64,000 bases of DNA from an uncultured Pseudomonadota bacterium (GCA_902784345.1 CACZUD010000002.1:158183-222182); one strand, 5' to 3'. Shown: positions 21,360-32,175, counted from the stretch's first letter. A program made the numbers and translations. Notes: a model not told the origin generated them from the sequence alone.

Positions 21360-21673
21360 AATCTCTCCTCTAATGGTTTTATTATAACAATTTCAACTTT
21401 TTTCAACAAGCACAAAAGTAAAAATATCATTTTTTGTTAAAAATATTAAAAAAGCCTGTTTTATTAACATGTTTATTATTTTGATTATTTTTCAACATTT
21501 TTAATAAAACCCATAAAAAACAAAGATTTTTTTGTTGAAAAAGTGTTAATAAAAAGTAAATAACAGTTTTTAATAAAATAAACAGCATTAATAAAAACAA
21601 TAACATAAATATAATAAATTATTTGATTTTTTATAAATCTGGTATATAATCGTCCAGTAAAAAGGATTAAGAC

Positions 21674-21808
21674 ATGAAATTTTTAAGTTCTTTAAAGGCT
21701 TGGAAAAAACGCGGTAACATCAAACAAATCCGTCGTGGAAAACAAGTTTTATTGATTGACCCTTCTAATCCTAAATTAAAGGCAAAACAGGGTTTCAAGA
21801 AAAAATAA
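21674..21808 (+). CDS. rpmJ: 50S ribosomal protein L36, non-zinc type B
   Basis: 44 aa MKFLSSLKAWKKRGNIKQIRRGKQVLLIDPSNPKLKAKQGFKKK; TATAAT at 21644-21649; below the ORF-track size cutoff. Confidence 0.75.
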   Translation: MKFLSSLKAWKKRGNIKQIRRGKQVLLIDPSNPKLKAKQGFKKK

Positions 21809-21832
21809 TACCTGGAATACCGGGTATTTTTT

Positions 21833-22525
21833 TTAGTTTAAAAAAGCTTCTTCCATGACTTGGTTTATTTCAATAGTGCCAAGTCCACTTTTACGCAGAT
21901 AATTTATCTGATTTTCAGTTGGTTTATAAAGTGCCACGCTGTGTGATGCTTTCTTTGGAACAGAATTTATATATTGTGTTGGTTTTAAAATAACCCGTGC
22001 ACTTTCATCAGCCATAACGTAAAAAGATACATCTGAATCGCATTCTGGTGCATTTTTTTCTATTTTTGCACTGCCAAAAAGGTCTGTTAATGTATTTTTA
22101 TATGCTGCAACACGTGTTTTTACAAAAATGCCGGTATTTTCAGCAAAATGTTGTGCTGTAACACTTATTTTTAAATTATCATGGTTTTTATCAATAATTT
22201 GTCCTTCAAAAACACTGTTTTTTCCACAATTTTTTATAAAAACATTTAAAAAAGCTGGTGATTTATTAGTTGTCTTGAAATCCATAATAATATTTGAATT
22301 TTCTGCTTTTATATCAATATTTAAATCTATATTGCCGGCAATTTCACCTATATATATAATATGTACTGGTAATTTAGGTGTTTTATTAATAGATATTGTA
22401 TTTTTATCACTATCAAAATTGGCACTCTCATAATCTGATAAATCTTCATAAAAAACACCGTCGCGGAAAACCAAAGTTTCTGCTGGAAAAGTTTTTATAT
22501 TGAATTCTTGCCAAAGGTATGACAT
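21833..22525 (-). CDS. short SufD-like (SufBD C-terminal domain) protein
   Basis: 230 aa; C-terminus PTENQINYLRKSGLGTIEINQVMEEAF resembles SufD ...EEALFYLRSRGI...; no sufB/sufC adjacent. Confidence 0.4.
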   Translation of the reverse strand: MSYLWQEFNIKTFPAETLVFRDGVFYEDLSDYESANFDSDKNTISINKTPKLPVHIIYIGEIAGNIDLNIDIKAENSNIIMDFKTTNKSPAFLNVFIKNCGKNSVFEGQIIDKNHDNLKISVTAQHFAENTGIFVKTRVAAYKNTLTDLFGSAKIEKNAPECDSDVSFYVMADESARVILKPTQYINSVPKKASHSVALYKPTENQINYLRKSGLGTIEINQVMEEAFLN

Positions 22526-22597
22526 ATTAATACCTGTACTTTTATATGTATAATAAAAAAATTATAAAAAAAAAACAACTTTAATTGGTGAAAAGAT

Positions 22598-23677
22598 ATG
22601 GGATTTAATTGTGGTATTGTTGGTTTACCAAACGTTGGAAAATCTACACTGTTTAATGCGTTGACGCAAAGTGCGGCTGCAGACGCGCAAAATTATCCGT
22701 TTTGTACTATTGAACCAAATACTGGACGCGTGGTTGTTCCGGATAAAACACTGCATGATTTGGCGAAAATGGCGGGGGCAGAACGCATTATACCAACGCA
22801 ACTGGAAATTGTTGATATCGCCGGTCTGGTAAAGGGTGCATCTGCTGGTGAAGGACTCGGAAATAAATTTCTTTCAAATATTCTTGAAACAGATGCGATA
22901 ATTCACGTGGTCAGATGTTTTGAAAATGATGATATTGTCCATGTTAACGGAAAAATAGACCCACTGCTTGACATTGAAACCATTGAAACAGAATTAATGT
23001 TGGCGGATATGGAAAGTCTTGATAATCAAATCAAAAAATTGGAAAAGAAAGTTCATGGTCTTGATAAAAATGCGGCTAAATTATTGGCAGACGCAACGGC
23101 TATAAAAACCAGTTTTGAAAAATCCATACCTGCGCGTGAAATAGATGTTGATTCTAAACCTTTTAATTTATTAACAAGCAAACCTGTAATCTATGTATGT
23201 AATGTTGAAGAAAGTGCCGCAAGCAACGGAAATAAATATTCAGATATGGTTCGTGAAAAGTTTTCTGGCAAAGCACCGGTGTTGATAATTTCTTCAAAAA
23301 TAGAAATGGAAATTGCACAAATTGTTGATGTTGAAGAAAGAAAAATGTTTCTTGATGAACTCGGTTTAAAAGAATCTGGATTAGACCAAGTAATTCATAC
23401 CGGATATGATACACTTGGACTGCAAACATTTTACACTGTTGGACCAAAAGAAGCACATGCATGGACAATAAATAAAGGTATGACTGCGCCTCAGGCGGCT
23501 GGTAAAATACACACAGATTTCGAACGCGGATTTATTCGTGCAGAAATTATATCACCATCAGATTATTTACAATATGGTGGCGAAGTTGCTGTGAAAGAAG
23601 CCGGCAAAATGCGTCTGGTCGGTAAAGAATATATTATGCAAGAAGGTGATATATGCCATTTCTTGTTTAATGTATAA
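22598..23677 (+). CDS. ychF: ribosome-binding ATPase YchF (Obg-like)
   Basis: GIVGLPNVGKSTLFNALT, C-terminal TGS domain. Confidence 0.95.
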   Translation: MGFNCGIVGLPNVGKSTLFNALTQSAAADAQNYPFCTIEPNTGRVVVPDKTLHDLAKMAGAERIIPTQLEIVDIAGLVKGASAGEGLGNKFLSNILETDAIIHVVRCFENDDIVHVNGKIDPLLDIETIETELMLADMESLDNQIKKLEKKVHGLDKNAAKLLADATAIKTSFEKSIPAREIDVDSKPFNLLTSKPVIYVCNVEESAASNGNKYSDMVREKFSGKAPVLIISSKIEMEIAQIVDVEERKMFLDELGLKESGLDQVIHTGYDTLGLQTFYTVGPKEAHAWTINKGMTAPQAAGKIHTDFERGFIRAEIISPSDYLQYGGEVAVKEAGKMRLVGKEYIMQEGDICHFLFNV

Positions 23678-23686
23678 AATTTTAAG

Positions 23687-23716
23687 AAAATACCGGCAAA
23701 AGCCGGTATTTTTTAT
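23687..23716 (+). terminator. intrinsic terminator (taccggcaaaagccggta + T-run)
   Basis: After the ychF stop; member of the recurring CCGGC-N-GCCGG hairpin family. Confidence 0.6.
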
Positions 23717-23732
23717 AAAAAACGTAAAAAAA

Positions 23733-23790
23733 TAAAATCCCGGCTTTTTTGATAAAAATGTTTAAAAAGGCCGGGAATTTTTTTATTTAT
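23733..23790 (-). terminator. long hairpin terminator after dnaG (tcccggctttttt...aaaaaggccggga)
   Basis: ~13-bp stem with 10-nt loop directly downstream of the dnaG stop. Confidence 0.55.
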
Positions 23791-25408
23791 TAATATCTAA
23801 AAGTAATTCTAATTTTTCGTTTGCTTTTACAATATTATCATCAATTTCTTTTAATTTATTTCGATATTCTTCCCCGGCATTTTCCGGTATATTTGATAAT
23901 AATTTTAATTTTTCATCTTTTAAAGATTTTATATATCTTTGTATTTTAAAAGAAGCAATGAATTTTTCGGCTTCTTTTATATCAAGTTCTGTTTTTGGCG
24001 CATCATCATCAAAAGATATATTTAGCGATACCAAGAAATCAGTATTTTTTTCCGCCAGTTCAGGATATGTTTGAACAATAGATTTCACCATATTTATATT
24101 CATAATATCAATATCAGGCACTTCAATATTTGGTGTATATTTTTGTTGTTTCCATTTATGCCACTGATTAAATTTTCGTTGGTTATATTCTTGTTCAATT
24201 TCATTTTGGAAAATTTTATCTTGAATTTTTGATGTACACTCTTTCAGATATTTTTCGGCTTGTGCACGACCACCGGGCGTATTTACCAGATAATTTTTAT
24301 TTACACTTTCCCACAGAAAATCTATTAACGGTGTTGCATTATCTATAATTTTACGCATTGCAGATTCACCGGCATTTTTTAAAATTTCATCTGGGTCTTT
24401 TCCACCCGTAACGAAAGCAAATTTAACGTCGCTTGTTTCACGCAAAAACGGTAAAACCAGCGTGCACGCACGTATAGCGGCTTTTTGTCCGGCATTATCA
24501 CCATCAAAACAAAATGTAATATTTCGATTAGATTTGCATAAAATTGCAATATGATCTTCGGTTAATGCGGTACCAAGTGGTGCTACTGTTTCTCCAAATC
24601 CATGACACTGCATTTGAATTGCATCAATTTGTCCTTCAACCACTATACTGCGGTTTGCGCGGTGTATAGAATCACGCGCAAAATTAAAACCGAATATAGT
24701 TTGTCTTTTGTGGAATAATTCTGTATCAGATGTGTTTATATATTTTGGCTCAGACCCATCCAGTGAACGACCAGAAAAAGCAACAATTTGGCCGTGTGCG
24801 TTAAATATCGGGAACATCAATTTATCACGGAAAAAATCATAAGGGCCATAATCCCCTATTCTGACCAAACCGGTTGCGGTTAATTTATCGCGTTTTATGT
24901 CATTAAATTTAGACGAAATAATATTATTTTTTGGTGCATAACCGATACGATATTTTTTTATCATTTCATCACTAAAGCCACGATTTCTAACGTATGCAAG
25001 GGCATGTTGACCAATATCACTGTATAATAAATCTTGATAAATCTTCGTTGCGTTTTCTGTTATTTTTATATAGTTTTCTTCCGCTTCAATTTGTGCGGCA
25101 GATTTTTGTTTTATCTCTGGCATTTTTAAACCTGCCATATCTGCCAGTTCTTTAATCGCTTCCTTGAAATCTATATTTTCAGATTTCATAGTAAAAGAAA
25201 TTATATCCCCATGTTCACCACAACCAAAACAGTGATAAAAACCTTTATCTTCATTTACAGAAAATGATGGTGTTTTTTCATTATGAAATGGGCAACATCC
25301 CCAATAATTTTGCCCTTTTTTGGTAAGTGGTACACGACGCGAAATAACATCAACCAATGATAATCTTTGTCTTAATTCGTCAGTAAAAGAATTATCAAAT
25401 TTTGCCAA
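23783..25408 (-). CDS. dnaG: DNA primase
   Basis: Zinc finger CPFHNEKTPSFSV...HCFGCGEHGD; TOPRIM EGQIDAI...FDGDNAG. Confidence 0.93.
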   Translation of the reverse strand: MAKFDNSFTDELRQRLSLVDVISRRVPLTKKGQNYWGCCPFHNEKTPSFSVNEDKGFYHCFGCGEHGDIISFTMKSENIDFKEAIKELADMAGLKMPEIKQKSAAQIEAEENYIKITENATKIYQDLLYSDIGQHALAYVRNRGFSDEMIKKYRIGYAPKNNIISSKFNDIKRDKLTATGLVRIGDYGPYDFFRDKLMFPIFNAHGQIVAFSGRSLDGSEPKYINTSDTELFHKRQTIFGFNFARDSIHRANRSIVVEGQIDAIQMQCHGFGETVAPLGTALTEDHIAILCKSNRNITFCFDGDNAGQKAAIRACTLVLPFLRETSDVKFAFVTGGKDPDEILKNAGESAMRKIIDNATPLIDFLWESVNKNYLVNTPGGRAQAEKYLKECTSKIQDKIFQNEIEQEYNQRKFNQWHKWKQQKYTPNIEVPDIDIMNINMVKSIVQTYPELAEKNTDFLVSLNISFDDDAPKTELDIKEAEKFIASFKIQRYIKSLKDEKLKLLSNIPENAGEEYRNKLKEIDDNIVKANEKLELLLDINK

Positions 25409-25411
25409 TTA

Positions 25412-27652
25412 TCATGCCTTTCTTTTAAAAGATTTTTTTTGTTGTTTATTATTTATTAAATCAATTGCTGTATCCAAACTTGGTTGTTCTTTGACCGAAA
25501 CATTCACACGATTACATGATATATATGGACCATACCGACCGTCATAATAATAATAAATCGGTTTATCGTTTGCCGGATTTGTACCAATTATCACCGGTTC
25601 AATTTTCTTTTTATCACCATTCAACAATTCACGCGCGATATCCAAAGTAATAGTTTCAAAAGTATATTTTTTTGCAGATACATTTTTTACACCATCACTA
25701 ACATATGGACCATATTTACCAATTTTGAAAACGATATTTTCACCAAGATCTTTTTCTGTTTGATTTTCGTTTGTTGTATTGTTGTTTTCGTTTGAATTAT
25801 CATCTGATAATTTCATTGTATAATTACATTTTGGATAATTACTGCATCCAACAAATGGTCCAAATTTAGATAATTTTATACCAAGTTTACCACCGCATTT
25901 CGGACAAACATCACTGTTTTTGCCGAACAGATGATTTTTCATAAATTCATTTATACTGTCAATAATATCAGTTGTTTTTATACCACGCACAGATTCTATG
26001 GTTTTATCAGTTGGTGTCCAGAAAGATTTTAACGAAGATAATTTATCTTTTGTTCCGTTTGAAACATCGTCCAATGTGTCTTCTGTTTTTGCGGTAAAAT
26101 TAACATCAACTAAATCTTTAAAGTATTCAGATAAATAAGATATTAAAACCCATCCAGATACGGTCGGATGAAAACGATGTTGTTTATCTTGTTCAACATA
26201 TTTCCTGTCCACTATCGTTGACATAATTGTTGCATAGGTTGATGGACGGCCAATTCCAAGTTCTTCCAGTTTTTTAACAAGTGATGCTTCTGTAAAACGT
26301 GCCGGTGGTTGTGTAAAGTGTTGTTCAGATTGAAGAGACTTTACATTTATTTCATCACCTATATTTAATACTGGCAATTTTACATCATCGCTTTCTTTTT
26401 CATCGTCAGTATCTTCGATATAAACCTTCATAAAACCGTCAAATATTCGCGAAGTTCCAACGCAGTGAAATACGGAGTTTTTAATATCTATATCTACAGA
26501 TACAGAATCAAATTCTGCATTACACATTTGACATGCAATGGTTCTTTTCCAAATCAAATTATACAATTTCAATTCATCACCAGATAAATCTATTTTTTGA
26601 TTCAAGAAATGTGTTGGACGAATTGCTTCGTGTGCTTCCTGTGCATTTTTAGATTTGGTCACATAAATATTTGCCGACCTTGGCAAGAATTTATCGCCAT
26701 ATTCATTTTTGATATATTCACGAATTTCAGCAACTGCTTCATTAGATAAATTTGTAGCATCAGTACGCATATACGTGATAAAACCTTGTTCATACAACTT
26801 TTGTGCAGTCGCCATAGTACGTTTTGATGAAAAGCGAAGTTTACGCGCTGCTTCTTGTTGCAATGTAGATGTTGTAAACGGCGCAGATGCGTGTCTTTGT
26901 ACTTTTTTCTTTTCAATATTTGATACAATTCCGATGTTTGGTGTTTTAATAGAATCAACAACTTTATCGACCATGGATTTGTTTTCCAGTGTCATTTTTT
27001 CTATTTTTTTACCGTCATATTTTACCAAGTTCGCATCAAAAGAAGTCTTATCAAAATTGCAATTTGCAGTAACACTCCAAAATTCTATTGGATTAAAACT
27101 TTCAATTTCTTTTTCACGATCAACAACAAGACGTACCGCCACAGATTGAACGCGTCCGGCAGATTTCCCAAGGTTGCGCTTCCAAAGCAAAGGTGAAATG
27201 CCAAACCCAATTAAATAATCAAGTATTCGACGTACAAGATATGCATCAACCAAGTTTTCGTCAATTTCGCGTGGATTTTTAAGTGCTTCCAATATCGCAT
27301 TTTTAGTAATTTCGTGGAAAGCAACACGATAAACATTTTTGCCTTTTAATACATTACGCGCGTTTAAAATATCGTTAATATGCCATGCAATTGCTTCACC
27401 TTCGCGGTCCGGATCGGATGCAAGATAAACATTGTCGGCTTTTTTTAATTCATCGATAATAAGTTTTAACTGTTTTTCTTTACCGGGCATAATTTGCCAT
27501 TTTGGTGCAAAATCGTGTTCTGTATCAACACTGCCGCTTTCTGGGACCAAATCGCGAACATGACCGACAGACGCGATAACGCGCCACCCATTACCAAGGT
27601 ATTTTTCAATAGTTTTTGCTTTTGATGGTGATTCTACGATTAATAAATTCAT
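25412..27652 (-). CDS. topA: DNA topoisomerase I
   Basis: MNLLIVESPSKAKTIEKYLG, active-site region ITYMRTDAT, C-terminal Cys4 zinc ribbons. Confidence 0.95.
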   Translation of the reverse strand: MNLLIVESPSKAKTIEKYLGNGWRVIASVGHVRDLVPESGSVDTEHDFAPKWQIMPGKEKQLKLIIDELKKADNVYLASDPDREGEAIAWHINDILNARNVLKGKNVYRVAFHEITKNAILEALKNPREIDENLVDAYLVRRILDYLIGFGISPLLWKRNLGKSAGRVQSVAVRLVVDREKEIESFNPIEFWSVTANCNFDKTSFDANLVKYDGKKIEKMTLENKSMVDKVVDSIKTPNIGIVSNIEKKKVQRHASAPFTTSTLQQEAARKLRFSSKRTMATAQKLYEQGFITYMRTDATNLSNEAVAEIREYIKNEYGDKFLPRSANIYVTKSKNAQEAHEAIRPTHFLNQKIDLSGDELKLYNLIWKRTIACQMCNAEFDSVSVDIDIKNSVFHCVGTSRIFDGFMKVYIEDTDDEKESDDVKLPVLNIGDEINVKSLQSEQHFTQPPARFTEASLVKKLEELGIGRPSTYATIMSTIVDRKYVEQDKQHRFHPTVSGWVLISYLSEYFKDLVDVNFTAKTEDTLDDVSNGTKDKLSSLKSFWTPTDKTIESVRGIKTTDIIDSINEFMKNHLFGKNSDVCPKCGGKLGIKLSKFGPFVGCSNYPKCNYTMKLSDDNSNENNNTTNENQTEKDLGENIVFKIGKYGPYVSDGVKNVSAKKYTFETITLDIARELLNGDKKKIEPVIIGTNPANDKPIYYYYDGRYGPYISCNRVNVSVKEQPSLDTAIDLINNKQQKKSFKRKA

Positions 27653-27655
27653 TTT

Positions 27656-28798
27656 TTAAAACCCCTTGGATGATAGTTGTTGGTCTTTGTGGATATGAGC
27701 ATTTTGACACAATCCAAACCCAAAAAGTAAAGATATCAAACTGCTGCCACCAAAAGACATAAGTGGTAATGGAACGCCGACTGTTGGCAGTATCCCAAGC
27801 ACCATAGAGATATTTATAAAATAATAAACGAAAAAGTTCAACATAAAACCAAAACAGACCAGTTGACCAAATCTATTCCGGCAAGTTTTCGCCGACCAAA
27901 ACAGCATTATAACAATAAAAGTATAAATAGATAACAACATAAACGCACCCAAGAAACCAAATTCTTCACCAAACATTGTGAATATAAAATCGGTCTGTTT
28001 TTCTGGCAAGAAAGACTGTTGTGATTGTGTACCATTCATATAGCCTTTGCCAATAATACCACCGCTGCCAAAGGCAATTTTTGCTTGGTTTATTTGATAA
28101 CCTATCCCGCGCGCATCCATTTCTGGATTTATAAATGTTATAATACGTGCGCGTTGATAATCATGCATACCACCATACCAAACAACAGGCAATGCAAGCA
28201 ATCCAAGAATTCCAGCAATCAAAAACCATTTTTTATTTGCACCAACAATATAAAACATACCAACAGTAATTAAGCCCAGTGATATACCTGTTCCCAAATC
28301 TGGTTGTGCGCAAATAAGTGCAAATGGTACCAATAACATAAATATAGGAATTAAATAATTTTTAAATTGTGATAATTCGACACTGTTTTGCCACGCAAAA
28401 TAACGCGCCAATGCCAAAACCAATGCTATTTTTATAAATTCAGAAGGCTGAATATTTACACCGCCAAGCGAAAGCCATCGTTGTGCGCCCATACCAACAT
28501 CGCCAATAAAAGTAACCAAAATCACCATTATCAAAGCAACTGCATATATAGAATATGCAGATTTTATCCATACTTTTATATTAGAAAAAGCCACAATAAA
28601 GAAAATACCCATACCTGCACATATTTTTAATAATTGTGATAAAGCAAACGGTTGCCATGAACCGTTTCCTGCGCTGAATAAAACAACAACACTGAACAAC
28701 AAAACAACACACATAGGAATAAACAAAGCCCACGAAAAACGCGAAAGTTTTTCGCCAAATGTCATCATGTTTGCATTAGATACTCGTGTTATAGCCAT
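27656..28798 (-). CDS. mrdB: peptidoglycan glycosyltransferase RodA (SEDS family)
   Basis: Polytopic FtsW/RodA/SpoVE pattern. Start placed at MAITRV, where TAATG overlaps the mrdA stop; the ORF track extends to 28879. Confidence 0.85.
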   Translation of the reverse strand: MAITRVSNANMMTFGEKLSRFSWALFIPMCVVLLFSVVVLFSAGNGSWQPFALSQLLKICAGMGIFFIVAFSNIKVWIKSAYSIYAVALIMVILVTFIGDVGMGAQRWLSLGGVNIQPSEFIKIALVLALARYFAWQNSVELSQFKNYLIPIFMLLVPFALICAQPDLGTGISLGLITVGMFYIVGANKKWFLIAGILGLLALPVVWYGGMHDYQRARIITFINPEMDARGIGYQINQAKIAFGSGGIIGKGYMNGTQSQQSFLPEKQTDFIFTMFGEEFGFLGAFMLLSIYTFIVIMLFWSAKTCRNRFGQLVCFGFMLNFFVYYFINISMVLGILPTVGVPLPLMSFGGSSLISLLFGFGLCQNAHIHKDQQLSSKGF

Positions 28799-30564
28799 TA
28801 TTTTAATAATTCCTTCATAATTTTTGCCGTTGCGCGTGCCGCAGGTCCAGAACCACCCGCGTGTTCCATAATCACGCATACGGCGTATTTTGGGTTGTCT
28901 GTTGGTGCATACCCAACAAAAAGACCATGGTTACGCAAATTCCATTTTAATTGTTCATTTGTTAAAACCCCGCTTTGTCTTTCTGCTTTTGATATATTTC
29001 TGACCTGGGAAGTACCTGTTTTTCCACCCATTTTTTTACCGTTTACATTGATAGCACTGCCCGATGCGGTTCCGCCTGTCTTTGTTACTTCTTCAAGACC
29101 AGTTAAAACATGTTTTATATTCTTTTCTTGTAAACCAAGGTTTTTGAATACTGGTGTTTCATCAGAATATATAAGACGTGGTTTTACTTCTTTGTTAGAA
29201 ACAACGCGTGCCATCATAACCGCTAATTGCAGGCAGTTTGTTAAAATAAAACCTTGCCCAATCCCAGAAATAATAGTGTCCCCGTGAACCCATGACGCAC
29301 CAACATTTTTTTCTTTCCAGCGTCTATCTGGTATAATTCCAGGCATTTCATGTGATAATACATCATCCATATATTTTTGGTTTAATCCCAACTTCAAAGC
29401 CATATGTTTTATCGCATCAATCCCGATTTTTAATGCCAGTTGATAAAAATAAATATCACAAGAATGTTTTAATGCACCATACAAATCAACGTATCCATGT
29501 CCGTGTTTTTCCCAACAATGATATTTATGGTCGCCGTATTCCCAAAAACCTGGACAAAATACTTTTTCGTGTGGTGATATTGCGCCACTTTCAAGTGCCG
29601 CCAATGCCACTACTATTTTGAAAGTTGAACCAGGCGGATACAAACCTTCAATAGTTTTATTCATAAATGGTTTTGCTGTATCACTTAAAAGAGATGATAT
29701 GTATTCTTCGCCATCATCTGTTTTAAAATTGTTTGGATCAAAACTGGGTGTAGAGGCCATCGCCAGAATATTACCGTTTTCAATATCCAAAACAACACCG
29801 CAACCTGCCCTGTTCATAGCAAGTGCATCATAAAGAACCTTTTGAACATTGTCACGCACTGTTGTTTTTATATCTTTACCAGGAATTGGCGCAACAAACT
29901 GCGTTTTATCTTCGCCTGTTATACGACCAACGGCATTTGATATTAATACTGTTTGACCGGGTATGCCAGCCATGTCGTCATTGAATCTTTTTTCAAGTCC
30001 ATTGATTCCATATGTAAAAAATGGGTTGTTTGGCACAGATTTTTTTGGTGCGCCAACATAACCGAAAACTTGCGCCCCCGCAGGTCCCATTTCATACACG
30101 CGCGAAAAACCATTTCCAATATGAATTCCTGGAATATTTTTAGCAGATAATCCAGCCAGAACATTCCAATTAGTATTTTCTGTTATCAAAACAGGCTGAA
30201 ATTTTTGTTGTTTTTTTATGTTTCGCCAAATTCTGTCTACGGTTTTTTTACGTAAATTTAATTCTTTGGTAACAGTTTCAACAACAGAGTTTATATCATC
30301 TGTTTCTTCTGGTATAAGATATATACGATATATTGGTGTGTCCCTTGAAATCACAGTACCAGATTCTGATAAAATATTGCCACGTTTTGGCATGTTGACT
30401 TGAATACGAAAAGAATTATTTTCACTTTTACGTGAATATTCTTTGTATTCAAAAATCTGCATTTGAAGCATACGCATAACTAATACAGAAGTCAAAATAG
30501 CCCCGCCCGTTAAAAACAGTGCGCTGCGTCTGTCAAAAGTGCGTGACACTTCGGTATCTATCAT
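28798..30564 (-). CDS. mrdA: penicillin-binding protein 2 (elongasome transpeptidase)
   Basis: SxxK STFKIVVALAALESG, SxN, KTGT (GGKTGTSQV). Confidence 0.9.
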   Translation of the reverse strand: MIDTEVSRTFDRRSALFLTGGAILTSVLVMRMLQMQIFEYKEYSRKSENNSFRIQVNMPKRGNILSESGTVISRDTPIYRIYLIPEETDDINSVVETVTKELNLRKKTVDRIWRNIKKQQKFQPVLITENTNWNVLAGLSAKNIPGIHIGNGFSRVYEMGPAGAQVFGYVGAPKKSVPNNPFFTYGINGLEKRFNDDMAGIPGQTVLISNAVGRITGEDKTQFVAPIPGKDIKTTVRDNVQKVLYDALAMNRAGCGVVLDIENGNILAMASTPSFDPNNFKTDDGEEYISSLLSDTAKPFMNKTIEGLYPPGSTFKIVVALAALESGAISPHEKVFCPGFWEYGDHKYHCWEKHGHGYVDLYGALKHSCDIYFYQLALKIGIDAIKHMALKLGLNQKYMDDVLSHEMPGIIPDRRWKEKNVGASWVHGDTIISGIGQGFILTNCLQLAVMMARVVSNKEVKPRLIYSDETPVFKNLGLQEKNIKHVLTGLEEVTKTGGTASGSAINVNGKKMGGKTGTSQVRNISKAERQSGVLTNEQLKWNLRNHGLFVGYAPTDNPKYAVCVIMEHAGGSGPAARATAKIMKELLK

Positions 30565-31010
30565 GATTTAACCCAATTATCTAATACAGTTACAGGTGTG
30601 TATAAAACGCTTAACCACAGAAATAACCATAAATTATTAACAAGATTTGTCCACGAAAAACCGTAAATTGTTAAAAGAAAAAAACCTGTACCTATGAAAG
30701 TCATAAATATAAATATTGCATTGTTATTCGTGTGTTGAAAATCAATATGATTTTGAAATCCGTTTATTGCATAACATAAACAGTATAAACATGTCCAAAA
30801 AAGTGCCAAATCACTACGATAATCGATTAAAAAACAAAAAAACAAGCCAAAAATAGCAAAATTTTTTATAGGACGCACAAAAGTATAATAAAATACAGGT
30901 ATTAAACACAATATGCCAGCAGGGTTCCAAAAATATATTGCCAAACGCCACAAAAACAACGTTATTAAAAACGGCATAATTTGTTTCAAAATCGATACAA
31001 TTTTGTACAT
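30561..31010 (-). CDS. mreD: rod shape-determining protein MreD
   Basis: 149-aa polytopic protein between mreC and mrdA. Confidence 0.6.
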   Translation of the reverse strand: MYKIVSILKQIMPFLITLFLWRLAIYFWNPAGILCLIPVFYYTFVRPIKNFAIFGLFFCFLIDYRSDLALFWTCLYCLCYAINGFQNHIDFQHTNNNAIFIFMTFIGTGFFLLTIYGFSWTNLVNNLWLFLWLSVLYTPVTVLDNWVKS

Positions 31011-31867
31011 TATTTATAAGAACCTATATCATTATATTGTAAAACCATAACGCGAGAAATGTTGTTTGGGCGCAAGATATCTACGTTCTTTTCGTCCAGC
31101 ATGTCCCCAACATAAATTCCAGAAGGCAAAACACCGCTGATATTGCTGGTCATGACTTTCAGTCCTTTGCGTCCAATAAATTGAGTGTCGTTAAAAAATC
31201 CGATAGAGGCTTTCGATTTACCGTTCCCTTGTAAAAATCCAGAAACATCAGACCCAGATATACGAATTGCAATATTTGTATCTCTGTCAGCCAATGAACG
31301 AACACGACAAAATTGTGAACCACAATCAGATACTGTTCCGACCATACGATTATCAAAAGATACAACAATCATGCCTTTGCTGATACCGTCTTTCTTGCCG
31401 CGATTTATCAAGAAGTTATTATGGTGAAATACAGAATCATCAAATTGAATATCCGCTATTACAGTTTTGTAAGGCGATGCTTTTTTTATATTTATTTCGT
31501 GTTCAAGTTTCTGATTTTCAAGCACCGCGATATCACAGGTATATTTATCCGCCAAGGCCGCATCCAATTTCGCGCGTAATTCCCTGTTTTCACTGCGTAA
31601 TTGTGCTGTTTCTTTAATCCAATCTGCGCTTTGACCAACGGCGCGAATTGGCCATGTTATAACAGATCCCACACCATGTGCAACAGGTAAAACAATATGG
31701 GCCAAACCATTCATGATAGTATAATCTGGTTTTGCGACCATAATATATATTATAAACACAGGAACAGCAATCGCCGCCAATGACGATTTTATAATTCGTA
31801 CCAACTTATAAGATAATTTATCCTTGGTCATGTAAGCAACTTTAAACGCAAAAAATCTAATATTCAA
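31010..31867 (-). CDS. mreC: rod shape-determining protein MreC
   Basis: 285 aa, N-terminal TM, coiled coil LRSENRELRAKLDAALADKY, beta-domain. Confidence 0.8.
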   Translation of the reverse strand: MNIRFFAFKVAYMTKDKLSYKLVRIIKSSLAAIAVPVFIIYIMVAKPDYTIMNGLAHIVLPVAHGVGSVITWPIRAVGQSADWIKETAQLRSENRELRAKLDAALADKYTCDIAVLENQKLEHEINIKKASPYKTVIADIQFDDSVFHHNNFLINRGKKDGISKGMIVVSFDNRMVGTVSDCGSQFCRVRSLADRDTNIAIRISGSDVSGFLQGNGKSKASIGFFNDTQFIGRKGLKVMTSNISGVLPSGIYVGDMLDEKNVDILRPNNISRVMVLQYNDIGSYK

Positions 31868-31960
31868 TAAAAACTTGATTTTTCTTTTTTATATGTCAAA
31901 ATAGAGCCAACCGACATGGCAAGGCATTGCCACGAGGAATACAAAATAAAAGGATTAAAA

Positions 31961-32164
31961 ATGCCAAAAATGAAAACTAAATCGTACTTGAAAAAACGTG
32001 CGTCTATGACGGCTAGCGGAAAGATTCGCGTTGCCAGAAACTCTCATCACAAATGTCTGTTGCATAAGTCCAAACGTGCTAACAAAGCCGGGGCTAAACC
32101 ACAGTATTTGAACGAAAACATGGTGGGTCAGGCTAAAATCTTGGCTCCATATGGCTTGAAATAA
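31961..32164 (+). CDS. rpmI: 50S ribosomal protein L35
   Basis: [31 protein letters not shown]...; start at the internal ATG with SD AAGGA. Confidence 0.85.
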   Translation: MPKMKTKSYLKKRASMTASGKIRVARNSHHKCLLHKSKRANKAGAKPQYLNENMVGQAKILAPYGLK

Positions 32165-32175
32165 GGGGGTGTATC

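Noticed and set aside
21143-21373. 76-aa plus-strand ORF inside virB3
   Set aside because: Antisense to a motif-supported VirB3 gene with no independent evidence. Typical antisense ORF in AT-rich DNA.
31916-31960. 15-aa N-terminal extension of the L35 ORF (MARHCHEEYKIKGLK)
   Set aside because: Canonical L35 begins MPKMKTKS, and an AAGGA Shine-Dalgarno precedes the internal ATG.
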